From contig DAITPY010000003.1 of the NCBI GenBank assembly GCA_036833315.1, forward strand, positions 2,745 through 66,744: 64,000 bases of DNA, given 5' to 3'. This document shows, piece by piece, positions 1 through 8,646 of this stretch; positions within the stretch are counted from its first letter, which is position 1; every line of letters starts with the position of its first letter. Origin of the DNA: Candidatus Dormiibacterota bacterium. Its GTDB lineage: Bacteria > Chloroflexota > Dormibacteria > Aeolococcales > Aeolococcaceae. The translations under genes and the position numbers were made by a program. The notes beneath the pieces are model-generated. The model searched no databases. It had not been told where the DNA came from and was given only the letters and a program-made list of their open reading frames with translations.

Positions 1-453
1 GACGGTGAGGCGCTCCCCGGGGATCTGCTCCTCGGGCGGCAGCATGCCGGGGACGCCCGCGGCGTCGACGTACCAGATACTGCCCAAGCGCCGCTCGACG
101 ATGGCGTCGCGGAGCACGCCCCGCTGACTCGAGCCCTCACCGAGGATGCGCCGACGTTCGATATCGGCAAGCCGCTCGGCGACGGCGGTGCGGGCGGCGG
201 CGGCCGCCTGGCGGGGGAAGTCGGCCACAGTGACCTCGAGGGCCTCCTCGGCCCCGTCATCGCCGGGGCGATAGACCACGAAGCTGCCGGTCTCGAGGTT
301 CACCCTCGCCCGGACCAGCGGGTCGTCCTCGACGAGCCTGCGGTAGGCGGCAGCGAGACCCTCCTCCACCGCACCGGTGATGTCCGCCTCGCTCAGTGGG
401 GTCGCGGCGGCGAGGTCCCGGAGCGCGCTCAGGGTGACGGTCGGCGCAGCCAT
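1..453 (-). CDS. nusA: Transcription termination/antitermination factor NusA, N-terminal portion (gene continues past left edge)
   Basis: Not in ORF track (truncated). My translation of the minus strand from ATG 453-451 gives MAAPTVTLSALRDLAAATPLSEADITGAVEEGLAAAYRRLV...GVLRDAIVERRLGSIWYVDAAGVPGMLPPEEQIPGE, which is a NusA N-terminal domain plus the start of S1. ATGA overlap with rimP stop; conserved rimP-nusA order. Confidence 0.8.
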   Translation of the reverse strand, partial: MAAPTVTLSALRDLAAATPLSEADITGAVEEGLAAAYRRLVEDDPLVRARVNLETGSFVVYRPGDDGAEEALEVTVADFPRQAAAAARTAVAERLADIERRRILGEGSSQRGVLRDAIVERRLGSIWYVDAAGVPGMLPPEEQIPGERLTV

Positions 454-923
454 CAGATGTCGACGGCGATCCGAGCCGCGATCACGGCGCCGAGGTCGAA
501 TCCCGCGGCGCGGCTGGCCCGGCGATCACGCACCTCGATCTCGGCCTGGCTGCCGGCGATCGAGGTGAGGCGGCCCTCGAGCACGAGCTCGGCGTCGCCA
601 TCGCGCAGCCGGACGTTGACGCGGCGGCCGACCGCGGCCGCCCATTCCTCCGGGCTCCGGATCGGGCGTTCGGCGCCGGGTGAGCTGACCTCGAGCCGGT
701 AGGAGTGATCGATCGGGTCGTAGACGTCGAGCACCGCCGAGGCGGCGTTGGACGCGTGCTCGCAGTCGTCGAGGGTCACCCCGCCGCCGGGCCGGTCGAT
801 GGTGAGCCGCAGGACGGCGCCCCGGCCGTGGCCGGACCAGTGCACGTCGACAAGCTCGAGGCCGAGGTGGGTGAGCGACGGCCGGAGCGCGTCGACGATG
901 CCCGAGACGTTGTCGTTGTTCAT
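453..923 (-). CDS. rimP: Ribosome maturation factor RimP
   Basis: 156-aa ORF with YRLEVSSPGAERPIRSPEEW core typical of RimP; directly upstream of nusA. Confidence 0.9.
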   Translation of the reverse strand: MNNDNVSGIVDALRPSLTHLGLELVDVHWSGHGRGAVLRLTIDRPGGGVTLDDCEHASNAASAVLDVYDPIDHSYRLEVSSPGAERPIRSPEEWAAAVGRRVNVRLRDGDAELVLEGRLTSIAGSQAEIEVRDRRASRAAGFDLGAVIAARIAVDI

Positions 924-955
924 GTGTGGTGACTCAGCGCCCCGGCGCTAGGCGA

Positions 956-3427
956 TCACGCGGTCCTCGTGACCACCCGCCTCCGGCCGGCGGGCGGCGC
1001 CGTCGACCTCGAGGCGCGAGCCTTCTCCCACGCGACCAGCAGCGTGCTCGCATTGAAGATCGAGCTGTAGGTCCCGGAGACGATGCCGATGAGCAGCGCG
1101 AGCACAAAGCCGCGGATCGAGTCGCCACCGAAGATGACCAGCGAGAGCAGCACGAACACGACCGTCAGCGAGGTGTTCAGCGACCGGGTCATGGTCTGCA
1201 CGGTCGAGAGATTGATGACCTGGTCGAACGTCAGCCGGGGACCGACGCGCAGGTTCTCGCGCACCCTGTCGAACACCACGATGGTGTCGTGGATGGAGAA
1301 GGCCACCGACGTGAGCACGGCGGTGACGAAGAGCGAGTCGACCTGACCCAGGTCGGAGAAGTGGCCGAGGATCGCCCAGATCCCGGCAAGCACGAAGACG
1401 TCATGGAGGAGCTTGAAGAAGGCGCACGCCGAGAACCTCCACGGTGAGATCGCGCGCTGGCGTCGAAACGCGAACGCGAGGTAGATCGCGATCGCGGCGG
1501 CCGAGACGATGATCATGATGATCGCCCCGGTGACGAGGCTGGCGGCGATGGTCGGCCCCACCTGCTGAAAGCTCACGTCGGGTTGGTGCGTCTTGGGGTC
1601 GGTCGCGATCTTGAATTTCGCGCTGAGCGCGTCGTCGATCTGGAGGAGTCGTTGCGTGTCCGAGGGCAGCGTCGAGATGGCGAACTGGCTGGTGCCGCCG
1701 CTGCTCGTCCCCTGCGCCTGCACCACCGGACGGAGGTCGGAGGCGACGCTGTTGACGACTGTGGCCACCTGCGCCTGGGTGACCTTCTCGGCCAGGCCGA
1801 CGTTGACCACGTTCCCACCGCGGAAATCGATGCCGAGGTTGAATCCCCAGAAGATGATCGCGAGGATGCCCGGGATGATCACCGCCAGGGATCCGGCGAA
1901 GAACCAGTTGCGGTTCTTGACGATGTCGAAGCGACCCCTGGGCGGGTGCGCGGCGAACTCCTCGTGGATCTCGGTGTAGAGGCGAGGATCGCGCCCGATC
2001 CTCCAGCTCAGGACCCAGGCAAACAGCGAGCGGGTGATGGTGATCGCCGTGAAGAACGAGACGATCACGCCGATGGCCAGCGTGATCGCGAATCCGCGAA
2101 TCACGTCGGTGCCGAAGAACGCAAGGATCACGCAGGTGATCAGGGTCGACACGTTACTGTCACGAATGGCCGGAAATGCCCGGCGGAAGCCCGTCTCCAC
2201 AGCGACGGGCACACTTCTCCCATGGCGTAATTCGTCACGGGTGCGCTCGAAGATGAGCACGTTGGCGTCGACCGCCATGCCGACGCTCAGCACGAAGCCG
2301 GCCAGTCCCGCGAGGCTGAGCGTCACCGGGATGAGCTTGAAGAGCGCAAGCACGATGGCCGCGTAGATGAAGAGCGCGACGGTGGCGAGCAGGCCGGGAA
2401 AGCGGTAGTAGCCGATCATGAAGATGATCACGATGAGCAGGCCGATGGCGCCGGCGATCAGGCTCAGGTTCACGGACTGCTGGCCGAGCGTCGCGCTGAC
2501 CGTGGTGCTCGCCACCGTCGTGATCTCCGCCGGCAGTGCCCCGGCACTGATCAGGTTGGCCAGCTGGGTCGCCGAATCGGAGGTGAAGTTGCCGGTGATC
2601 TCGGTCTGGTTGCTCTGCCCGCCTCCGGTCACGACCGGGGCGGTGATCACGTCGTTGTCGAGGAAGATCGCTATCTGCGCCGTCGGCGGCGGATTGGTGG
2701 GATTCGTTTGCTGTGCCGCAAAGGCGGCGTTGGTGATCTTCGCCCACTCGGTTGCGCCGGCCGAATTGAAGTTGATGTCGACGGCGATCGCCCCGGACGT
2801 CGGGTCCTGACCGACGGTCGCCTTGTTGACGTCGGTGGCGTCGAGGTTGTTGTCGATCTTCCAGTGGTATCCGGTCGGGTAGAAGAGCGTGCTCGCGAAT
2901 TGCGCAGGGTTGAAGTGGCCCTGCTGGTCGGCGAGGAACGAGGGGCTGCTGGGGTCGGGCGCTCCCGGGACCGGGGTCGCGAAGTAGAGCCGCGACGTCT
3001 TGCCGATCGTGTTGATCGCCTGCTGGAGACTGACCCCCGGCAGCTGCACGAGAATCTGGTCGTTGCCCTGCGCCTGCACCGATGCTTCGGAGACACCGAG
3101 CGAGTTGACGCGCAGGTCGAGGATCGGGATGGTGGCCTGCTGCGCGGTGGCGAGGCTGGCGCCGTGGGGAGGCCCGTTGCGGCAGTCGCTGTTGGGGTTG
3201 TTGAGGCCGTGGCAGATCTCGATGGTCAGCTCGGTGCCACCCTGGAGGTCGAGGCCCTTGTGGATGAAGAGGTCCCGGCCGAGGAACGACGGCGTCGAGG
3301 TCAGCACCTGGCCGAGTGGCTGGTGGACCACGAAATAGCGATAGATCAGGCTGTAGCCATCGATGAAGAACGCGCCGACCACCACGAGGAGGACGACGGC
3401 CAGCCGGAAACGAGTGATCCTGAACAC
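956..3427 (-). CDS. secDF: Protein translocase subunit SecDF (single fused polypeptide)
   Basis: 823-aa ORF. N-terminal TM segment plus large periplasmic head (IAIFLDNDVITAPVV), then two blocks of TM helices. The second half is SecF-like (IVVFDRVRENL). Confidence 0.9.
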   Translation of the reverse strand: MFRITRFRLAVVLLVVVGAFFIDGYSLIYRYFVVHQPLGQVLTSTPSFLGRDLFIHKGLDLQGGTELTIEICHGLNNPNSDCRNGPPHGASLATAQQATIPILDLRVNSLGVSEASVQAQGNDQILVQLPGVSLQQAINTIGKTSRLYFATPVPGAPDPSSPSFLADQQGHFNPAQFASTLFYPTGYHWKIDNNLDATDVNKATVGQDPTSGAIAVDINFNSAGATEWAKITNAAFAAQQTNPTNPPPTAQIAIFLDNDVITAPVVTGGGQSNQTEITGNFTSDSATQLANLISAGALPAEITTVASTTVSATLGQQSVNLSLIAGAIGLLIVIIFMIGYYRFPGLLATVALFIYAAIVLALFKLIPVTLSLAGLAGFVLSVGMAVDANVLIFERTRDELRHGRSVPVAVETGFRRAFPAIRDSNVSTLITCVILAFFGTDVIRGFAITLAIGVIVSFFTAITITRSLFAWVLSWRIGRDPRLYTEIHEEFAAHPPRGRFDIVKNRNWFFAGSLAVIIPGILAIIFWGFNLGIDFRGGNVVNVGLAEKVTQAQVATVVNSVASDLRPVVQAQGTSSGGTSQFAISTLPSDTQRLLQIDDALSAKFKIATDPKTHQPDVSFQQVGPTIAASLVTGAIIMIIVSAAAIAIYLAFAFRRQRAISPWRFSACAFFKLLHDVFVLAGIWAILGHFSDLGQVDSLFVTAVLTSVAFSIHDTIVVFDRVRENLRVGPRLTFDQVINLSTVQTMTRSLNTSLTVVFVLLSLVIFGGDSIRGFVLALLIGIVSGTYSSIFNASTLLVAWEKARASRSTAPPAGRRRVVTRTA

Positions 3428-3439
3428 CGATCGTCCAGT

Positions 3440-4552
3440 CTACCGGGGCTCCAGCCGGAGCCGGCCGTCTCGCTCCGCTCGGAACGCCGCGAAGGTGTGA
3501 TCGCGGATGGCCGCGCGGGCATGCTCCATCAGCCGTGCGAGATGGGTGATGTTGTGGATGCTGACCAGGCGGTGAGCCAGGATCTCGCCCGACTGGAAGA
3601 GGTGGCGGAGGTAGGAACGCGAGAAGCGCGCGCAGGCCGTGCAGGGACATTCGGGGTCGATCGGGCCCAGGTCGTCCTTGACAGCGGCGTTGCGCAGCGA
3701 GAGGCGTCCGTCGGGCGTGAGCGCGCTGCCGTTGCGCGCCAGACGGGTCGGGACCACGCAGTCGAACATGTCGACGCCCAGGGAGATCGACGCCAGCAGC
3801 TCGGAGTCAGTGCCGAGGCCCATGAAGTAGCGGGCGCGATCCTCCGCGAGCCCGGCGAGGCTCGCCTCGGTCATCGCCAGCATGGCCTCGACCGGTTCGC
3901 CAACAGCAAGGCCCCCGATGGCCACCCCGTCGAAGTCGAGCCCGGACATGAATCGCGCCGACTCGTGTCGGGTGCCGGCGTCGAAGCCCCCCTGGGCGAT
4001 GCCGAAGAGGAGCTGACCGTTGCCGGGGTGGACGGCACGGCAGCGCTCCGCCCAGCGGTGGGTGCGCTCGGTCGCCGCGCGTGCCGCCGCGTCGGGGGTG
4101 CCGTGCGCCACCGGATGGTCGAGGCACATGAGCACATCGGCGCCGAGGCGGGCCTGGTTGCGCACGGCGTCCTCCGGCGTGACCCGCAGCCTCGACCCAT
4201 CGTACGGGGAGACGAAGGTCGCGGAATCGTCGTCGACCGCGGCGACCTCGACCAGGCTGACCAGCTGGTAGCCGCCGCTGTCGGTGAGGATCGGATGCTC
4301 CCAGCCCATGAAGGCGTGCAGCCCCCCGGCGCGCTCGACGAGATCGATACCCGGGCGCAGCGCGAGGTGATACGCGTTGCAGAGCAGGATGTCCACGCCC
4401 GCATCGCGGACCTCGTCCGGATGCAGCGCTTTGACGGTGGCATGGGTGCCCACCGGCATGAACGCGGGGGTTCGCACGTTCCCATGTGCGGTGCGCAGGT
4501 CGCCAGTGCGCGCGGCGCCGTCCACGGCCTCGACGGTGAAGGCGGCGTTCAT
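3440..4552 (-). CDS. tgt: Queuine tRNA-ribosyltransferase (tRNA-guanine transglycosylase)
   Basis: TPAFMPVGT, LTDSGGYQ, zinc motif CPCTACARFSRSYLRHL. Start trimmed to ATG 4552 (MNAAFTVEAVDG), giving an ATGA overlap with the queA stop. Confidence 0.9.
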   Translation of the reverse strand: MNAAFTVEAVDGAARTGDLRTAHGNVRTPAFMPVGTHATVKALHPDEVRDAGVDILLCNAYHLALRPGIDLVERAGGLHAFMGWEHPILTDSGGYQLVSLVEVAAVDDDSATFVSPYDGSRLRVTPEDAVRNQARLGADVLMCLDHPVAHGTPDAAARAATERTHRWAERCRAVHPGNGQLLFGIAQGGFDAGTRHESARFMSGLDFDGVAIGGLAVGEPVEAMLAMTEASLAGLAEDRARYFMGLGTDSELLASISLGVDMFDCVVPTRLARNGSALTPDGRLSLRNAAVKDDLGPIDPECPCTACARFSRSYLRHLFQSGEILAHRLVSIHNITHLARLMEHARAAIRDHTFAAFRAERDGRLRLEPR

Positions 4553-5580
4553 GCGGCGCGCCAGCAGAGCATGCAATCACCGAGCGAGAGAAATCGATAG
4601 TCGGTGCGCAGCGCATGCGTGTAGGCATCGCGCCAGCGCTGCTCGCCGACGAACGCGGCGAGCAGCACGAGCAGCGACGAGCGAGGCTGGTGAAAGTTCG
4701 TGAGCAGACCATCGATGACGCGAAAGCGATGTCCCGGACGGATGAACAGCCCGGTGCGCCCGCCTCCGGGACGCGGGATGTCACCGGCGTCAGCGCACGT
4801 TTCGAGGACGCGAACGACCGTGGTGCCGACCGCGATGACGCGGCCCCCGGCGCGACGCGTGCGCGCGATCGCCTCGACGGTCGCGCCCGGCAGCGCGTAC
4901 TCCTCCTCGTGCATCGGGTGGTCCTCGACGCTCTGCGCGCGGATGGGAGCGAAGGTCGCAAGCCCGACGTCGAGGCGCAGCGTCGCCCAACCGATCCCGT
5001 TCGATCGCAGACGCTCAATCACGCTCGTGGTGAAGTGCAACCCGGCTGTCGGGGCTGCTGCGGAGCCGGGTGCCCCGGTGGCGTAGAGGGTCTGGTAGCG
5101 GTCGGGATCACGCAACTCGGCGTGTATGTACGGCGGCAGCGGAGCGGTGCCACGGTGTTCGATCGCCGCCTCGACATCCTTCGCGTCGAAGCTCACCCAG
5201 CGACCTCCCGGGTGCTTGTCCGACGTCGCGGACACCGTCGCGATCAGGTCCGTGCTGACCCTGATCACCGCCCCCGGCGGGGCGAGTCGCGCCGGCCTTG
5301 CCAGACACAGGTAGTCGCCCGCGTCGCCTCGCTCGAGAACGAGCAGCTCGACGTCGCGGCCGGATGCATCGCGACCGTGCAATCGCGCCCGCCGCACCCG
5401 CGTCTCGTTGACCACGAGCAGGTCACCTTCGCGGAACAGATCCGGCAGGTCGATGAATCGCAGGTCCTCGAGCTCGCCGTCCTCGCGCACGTGGAGCAAC
5501 CGCGACGCGTCGCGTTCGGCCAGCGGCTCCTGCGCGATCCGCTCGGCCGGGAGCGCGTAGTCGAAGTCGGCAGTCCTCAA
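4549..5580 (-). CDS. queA: S-adenosylmethionine:tRNA ribosyltransferase-isomerase
   Basis: 343-aa ORF, MRTADFDYALPAERIAQEP and AVGTTVVRVLE; 4-nt overlap with ruvB stop. Confidence 0.9.
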   Translation of the reverse strand: MRTADFDYALPAERIAQEPLAERDASRLLHVREDGELEDLRFIDLPDLFREGDLLVVNETRVRRARLHGRDASGRDVELLVLERGDAGDYLCLARPARLAPPGAVIRVSTDLIATVSATSDKHPGGRWVSFDAKDVEAAIEHRGTAPLPPYIHAELRDPDRYQTLYATGAPGSAAAPTAGLHFTTSVIERLRSNGIGWATLRLDVGLATFAPIRAQSVEDHPMHEEEYALPGATVEAIARTRRAGGRVIAVGTTVVRVLETCADAGDIPRPGGGRTGLFIRPGHRFRVIDGLLTNFHQPRSSLLVLLAAFVGEQRWRDAYTHALRTDYRFLSLGDCMLCWRAA

Positions 5581-6623
5581 CGCTCGAAGAGCGCTGCCTG
5601 CGCCTCCGCCGCCCCGGGCGCTCCCGCGGGGACCGGCAGCCCGAGGTGCTGGTACGCGGCGGCGGTGGCAAGACGCCCACGCAGGGTCCTCGCGAGAAGT
5701 CCGCTGCGAATCAGGAAGGGTTCGACCACATCCTCGATGGTGTCCGGGTCCTCCTGGACACTCACCGCGATGGTCTGCACGCCCACCGCATGGCCGCCGA
5801 GGGTGCCGGTGAGCACGCCGAGCACCCGGCGATCGAGCTCATCGAGCCCGATCGAGTCGATGCCGAGCACGTCGAGCGCCGCCGTCGCCACCTCGACGTC
5901 GATGCGTCCCGCGGCGCGTACCTGCGCGTAATCCCGAGCGCGCCTGAGCAGACGGTTGACGATGCGCGGCGTGCCGCGGGAGCGCGCGGCGATCATCGAG
6001 GCCCCATCAGGATCGAGCTGGATGCCGAGGAGGTGAGCGGATCGGTTGGCGATGGCGACGAGGTCTTCGGCGTCGTAGAAGTCAAGCCGGAAGGTGACCC
6101 CGAAGCGGTCACGCAGCGGAGCGCCGAGCGCTCCCGCCCGCGTGGTCGCGCCGATGACCGTGAAGCGGTTGAGCGTGAGCCGCAGGGTCTGGGCGCCCGC
6201 GCCCTTGCCGGCAACGAAGTCGAAGGCGAGATCCTCCATGGCCGGGTAGAGCGCCTCCTCCACCGCCCTGTTCAGGCGGTGCACCTCGTCGATGAAGAAG
6301 ACGTCGCGCTCGTCGAGGCTCGTGAGGATTGAGGCGAGCATGCCCTGGTGCTCGAGCGCCGGCCCGCTGGTCAAGCGCGCGTTCACCCCCATCTCCACGG
6401 CGATGATCTGGGCGAGCGTGGTCTTGCCGAGCCCGGGAGGGCCGTAGAGCAGCACGTGGTCGAGCGCATCCCCACGCTGCCGGGCGGCCTCGACGAGGAT
6501 GCGCACCTGATCCTTGATGGCCGCCTGGCCGATGAAATCGTCGAGACGGCGGGGGCGCAGCGCAGTGTCGGAGACGCGCTCGGCTTCGAGCTCTTCGGGG
6601 CTCACCACGCGCTCATCGGTCAC
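5577..6623 (-). CDS. ruvB: Holliday junction branch migration ATPase RuvB
   Basis: Walker A GPPGLGKTTLA, FIDEVHRL, 348 aa. Confidence 0.95.
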   Translation of the reverse strand: MTDERVVSPEELEAERVSDTALRPRRLDDFIGQAAIKDQVRILVEAARQRGDALDHVLLYGPPGLGKTTLAQIIAVEMGVNARLTSGPALEHQGMLASILTSLDERDVFFIDEVHRLNRAVEEALYPAMEDLAFDFVAGKGAGAQTLRLTLNRFTVIGATTRAGALGAPLRDRFGVTFRLDFYDAEDLVAIANRSAHLLGIQLDPDGASMIAARSRGTPRIVNRLLRRARDYAQVRAAGRIDVEVATAALDVLGIDSIGLDELDRRVLGVLTGTLGGHAVGVQTIAVSVQEDPDTIEDVVEPFLIRSGLLARTLRGRLATAAAYQHLGLPVPAGAPGAAEAQAALFER

Positions 6624-7234
6624 CGTGTCGCAGCCGATGTGTCGAGCCGGCGGAGCGCCGCGCCGACCAGGTCCGCAACGTCGCGCGCGCCGCCGTCGAC
6701 GGCGATCGCCGCCACCGCGCTGCGCGCCTCACTCTCCCGAAATCCGAGACCCACCAACCCGGCGATCGCCGCCGTGACCGCCTCGTTCTCTCCGTTGACC
6801 AGCGCGTGATGCGTCCCCGGAGGTTCGAGCGCACCGACTTTGTCGCGCAACTCGAGGATGACTCGCTCGGCGGTCTTGCGCCCGATCCCGGGAACCGTCG
6901 CGACCAGCGCGATATCCCCCTCGGCGATCGCCCTGACCAGCACCGGAAGCTCGGCGCGACCGAGAATCCCGAGCGCCGCCTTCGGGCCGATGCGCTCGAC
7001 GCCGATCAGCAGGCGGAAGAGCCGCAGCTCGTCGTGGGTCACAAAACCGTAGAGCCGGATCGCGTCGTCGCTCACGCTGGTGTGGACGTGCAGCGAAACC
7101 TCGGGCTCGTGCGATGCGTGCAACGTGGCGATCGTGCGCAGATGGCAGAACACCTCGTACCCGACGCCGCCGGTGTCGATCACGACATGATCGTCCCCGA
7201 TCTGGGCGAGCGTGCCGCGGACGAGCGCGATCAT
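6620..7234 (-). CDS. ruvA: Holliday junction DNA helicase subunit RuvA
   Basis: Track ORF 6620-7366 trimmed to the internal ATG 7234 (MIALVRGTLAQ...), which gives an ATGA overlap with the ruvC stop. HhH region GIGRKTAERVILEL. Confidence 0.9.
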   Translation of the reverse strand: MIALVRGTLAQIGDDHVVIDTGGVGYEVFCHLRTIATLHASHEPEVSLHVHTSVSDDAIRLYGFVTHDELRLFRLLIGVERIGPKAALGILGRAELPVLVRAIAEGDIALVATVPGIGRKTAERVILELRDKVGALEPPGTHHALVNGENEAVTAAIAGLVGLGFRESEARSAVAAIAVDGGARDVADLVGAALRRLDTSAATR

Positions 7235-7797
7235 CGAGTCGCTCGCACGAGCGCGGCGCGCGCGCTGTTGACGGCTCGATCGAGCGGGCTCTCCTGACGC
7301 GTGACCGCGCGACCCGTCTTCGCCGCAAGGCGTCCGCGATGGTGGTGGCACACCGCTACCGCGCATGCGTCGGCGATGTCGTCGGGTCCGGGCACGTCAG
7401 TCACCCCGAGCAGGTTCGCCACCATCCTGGCCACCTGCGGCTTGCGTGCTGCTCCGTAGCCGCAGACGGCTTCCTTCACCTGCGTCGGTGTGTACTCGGC
7501 GACCCCCACGCCCTCGCGGGCGAGCGCGCAGAGGACCACGCCGCGCGCTTCGCTGACTCGCATCGCGGTGCGCCGGTTGGTCGAGAAGAACAGCTGCTCA
7601 ACCGCCGCGACCTCAGGACGGAGCGACGAGCAGGCGTCGACGACGAGGTCGAAGAGTGTCGCAAGCCGCGCCGCTTCGCTTGTCTGGGGAACGGTCTCGA
7701 TGCAGGAGGCATACACCAGGACGAGATGACCCGGTGAGCCTTCGACGATCGCCACGCCGGTGCGAGCCAGGCCGGGGTCGACGCCGAGCACTCTCAT
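7231..7797 (-). CDS. ruvC: Crossover junction endodeoxyribonuclease RuvC
   Basis: MRVLGVDPGLARTGVAIVE N-terminus (RNase H-like fold), 188 aa; ruvCAB order. Confidence 0.9.
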   Translation of the reverse strand: MRVLGVDPGLARTGVAIVEGSPGHLVLVYASCIETVPQTSEAARLATLFDLVVDACSSLRPEVAAVEQLFFSTNRRTAMRVSEARGVVLCALAREGVGVAEYTPTQVKEAVCGYGAARKPQVARMVANLLGVTDVPGPDDIADACAVAVCHHHRGRLAAKTGRAVTRQESPLDRAVNSARAALVRATR

Positions 7798-7818
7798 GGG
7801 AGCGCGCCGGCGCGGCGC

Positions 7819-8577
7819 TCAGCCGACCGACTCAAGGACGTCGTCCGGGATCTCGGCGTTGGCGTAGACCTGCTGGACGTCCTCGTGCTCCTCGAGACCG
7901 TCGAGCAGGCGCAGCACCTGGCGTGCCTGGCCGCCGTCGAGCGCGATCGACGTGGTCGGGTTCATGGTCACCTCGGCGGTGTCGATCTTGTAGTTGCGCT
8001 CTTCGAGGGTGCGACGGACCTCCTCGAATCTCGATGGCGCGACCGTGACGACGACCTCGCCTCCGTCGACGCCGACATCGCCGTCATCGCCGACATCCAC
8101 GGCGTCGAGCAGCTCGAGCGCGAGCTCCTCGGGGTCGCGCTTCCCCGCCTCTATCGTGATCACGCCCTGCTGGTTGAACATCCACCCGACGCTGTTCGCC
8201 TCGCCGAGCGCCCCGCCCGATCGGGTGAACGCGTTGCGAATCCCCGCGACCGTGCGGTTGCGATTGTCGGTCAGCGTGTCCACCATCACCGCGACTCCAT
8301 GGGGTCCGTAGCCTTCGTAGCGCACCTCTTCGAGCTGCGCGCCATCCTTGCCGCCGGCGCCGCGCTGGATCGCCCGCTCGATGTTGTCGGCGGGCATGTT
8401 CACCTCGCGGGCCTTCTGGATCGCCAGGCGCAGCCGGAAGTTGCCCTCGACGTCGGGTCCGCCCTCACGAGCGGCGACGGTGAGCTCCCGGGTGACCTTG
8501 GTGAAGGCCTGCCCGCGGCGCGCGTCGACGATTGCCTTCTTGTGCTTGATGCCAGCCCACTTGCTGTGACCGGACAT
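7819..8577 (-). CDS. yebC: YebC/PmpR family DNA-binding transcriptional regulator
   Basis: MSGHSKWAGIKHKKA... 252 aa; GGAGG SD upstream. Confidence 0.9.
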   Translation of the reverse strand: MSGHSKWAGIKHKKAIVDARRGQAFTKVTRELTVAAREGGPDVEGNFRLRLAIQKAREVNMPADNIERAIQRGAGGKDGAQLEEVRYEGYGPHGVAVMVDTLTDNRNRTVAGIRNAFTRSGGALGEANSVGWMFNQQGVITIEAGKRDPEELALELLDAVDVGDDGDVGVDGGEVVVTVAPSRFEEVRRTLEERNYKIDTAEVTMNPTTSIALDGGQARQVLRLLDGLEEHEDVQQVYANAEIPDDVLESVG

Positions 8578-8646
8578 GGATCCTCCGAGACGAACAGGCG
8601 TTCCGATTCTAGCGCAGCCTCGAGCCCAGTCTAGGCCTCGCGCTCC

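Noticed and set aside
2708-4600. Very long plus-strand ORFs antisense to known genes (for example 2708-4600, 29657-31462, 34734-37685, 42942-44378, 48357-50441, 54470-56557).
   Set aside because: They are shadow ORFs typical of GC-rich DNA. They have Arg/Pro/Ala/Gly-rich low-complexity translations, no motifs, and each fully overlaps a minus-strand gene with clear family signatures.
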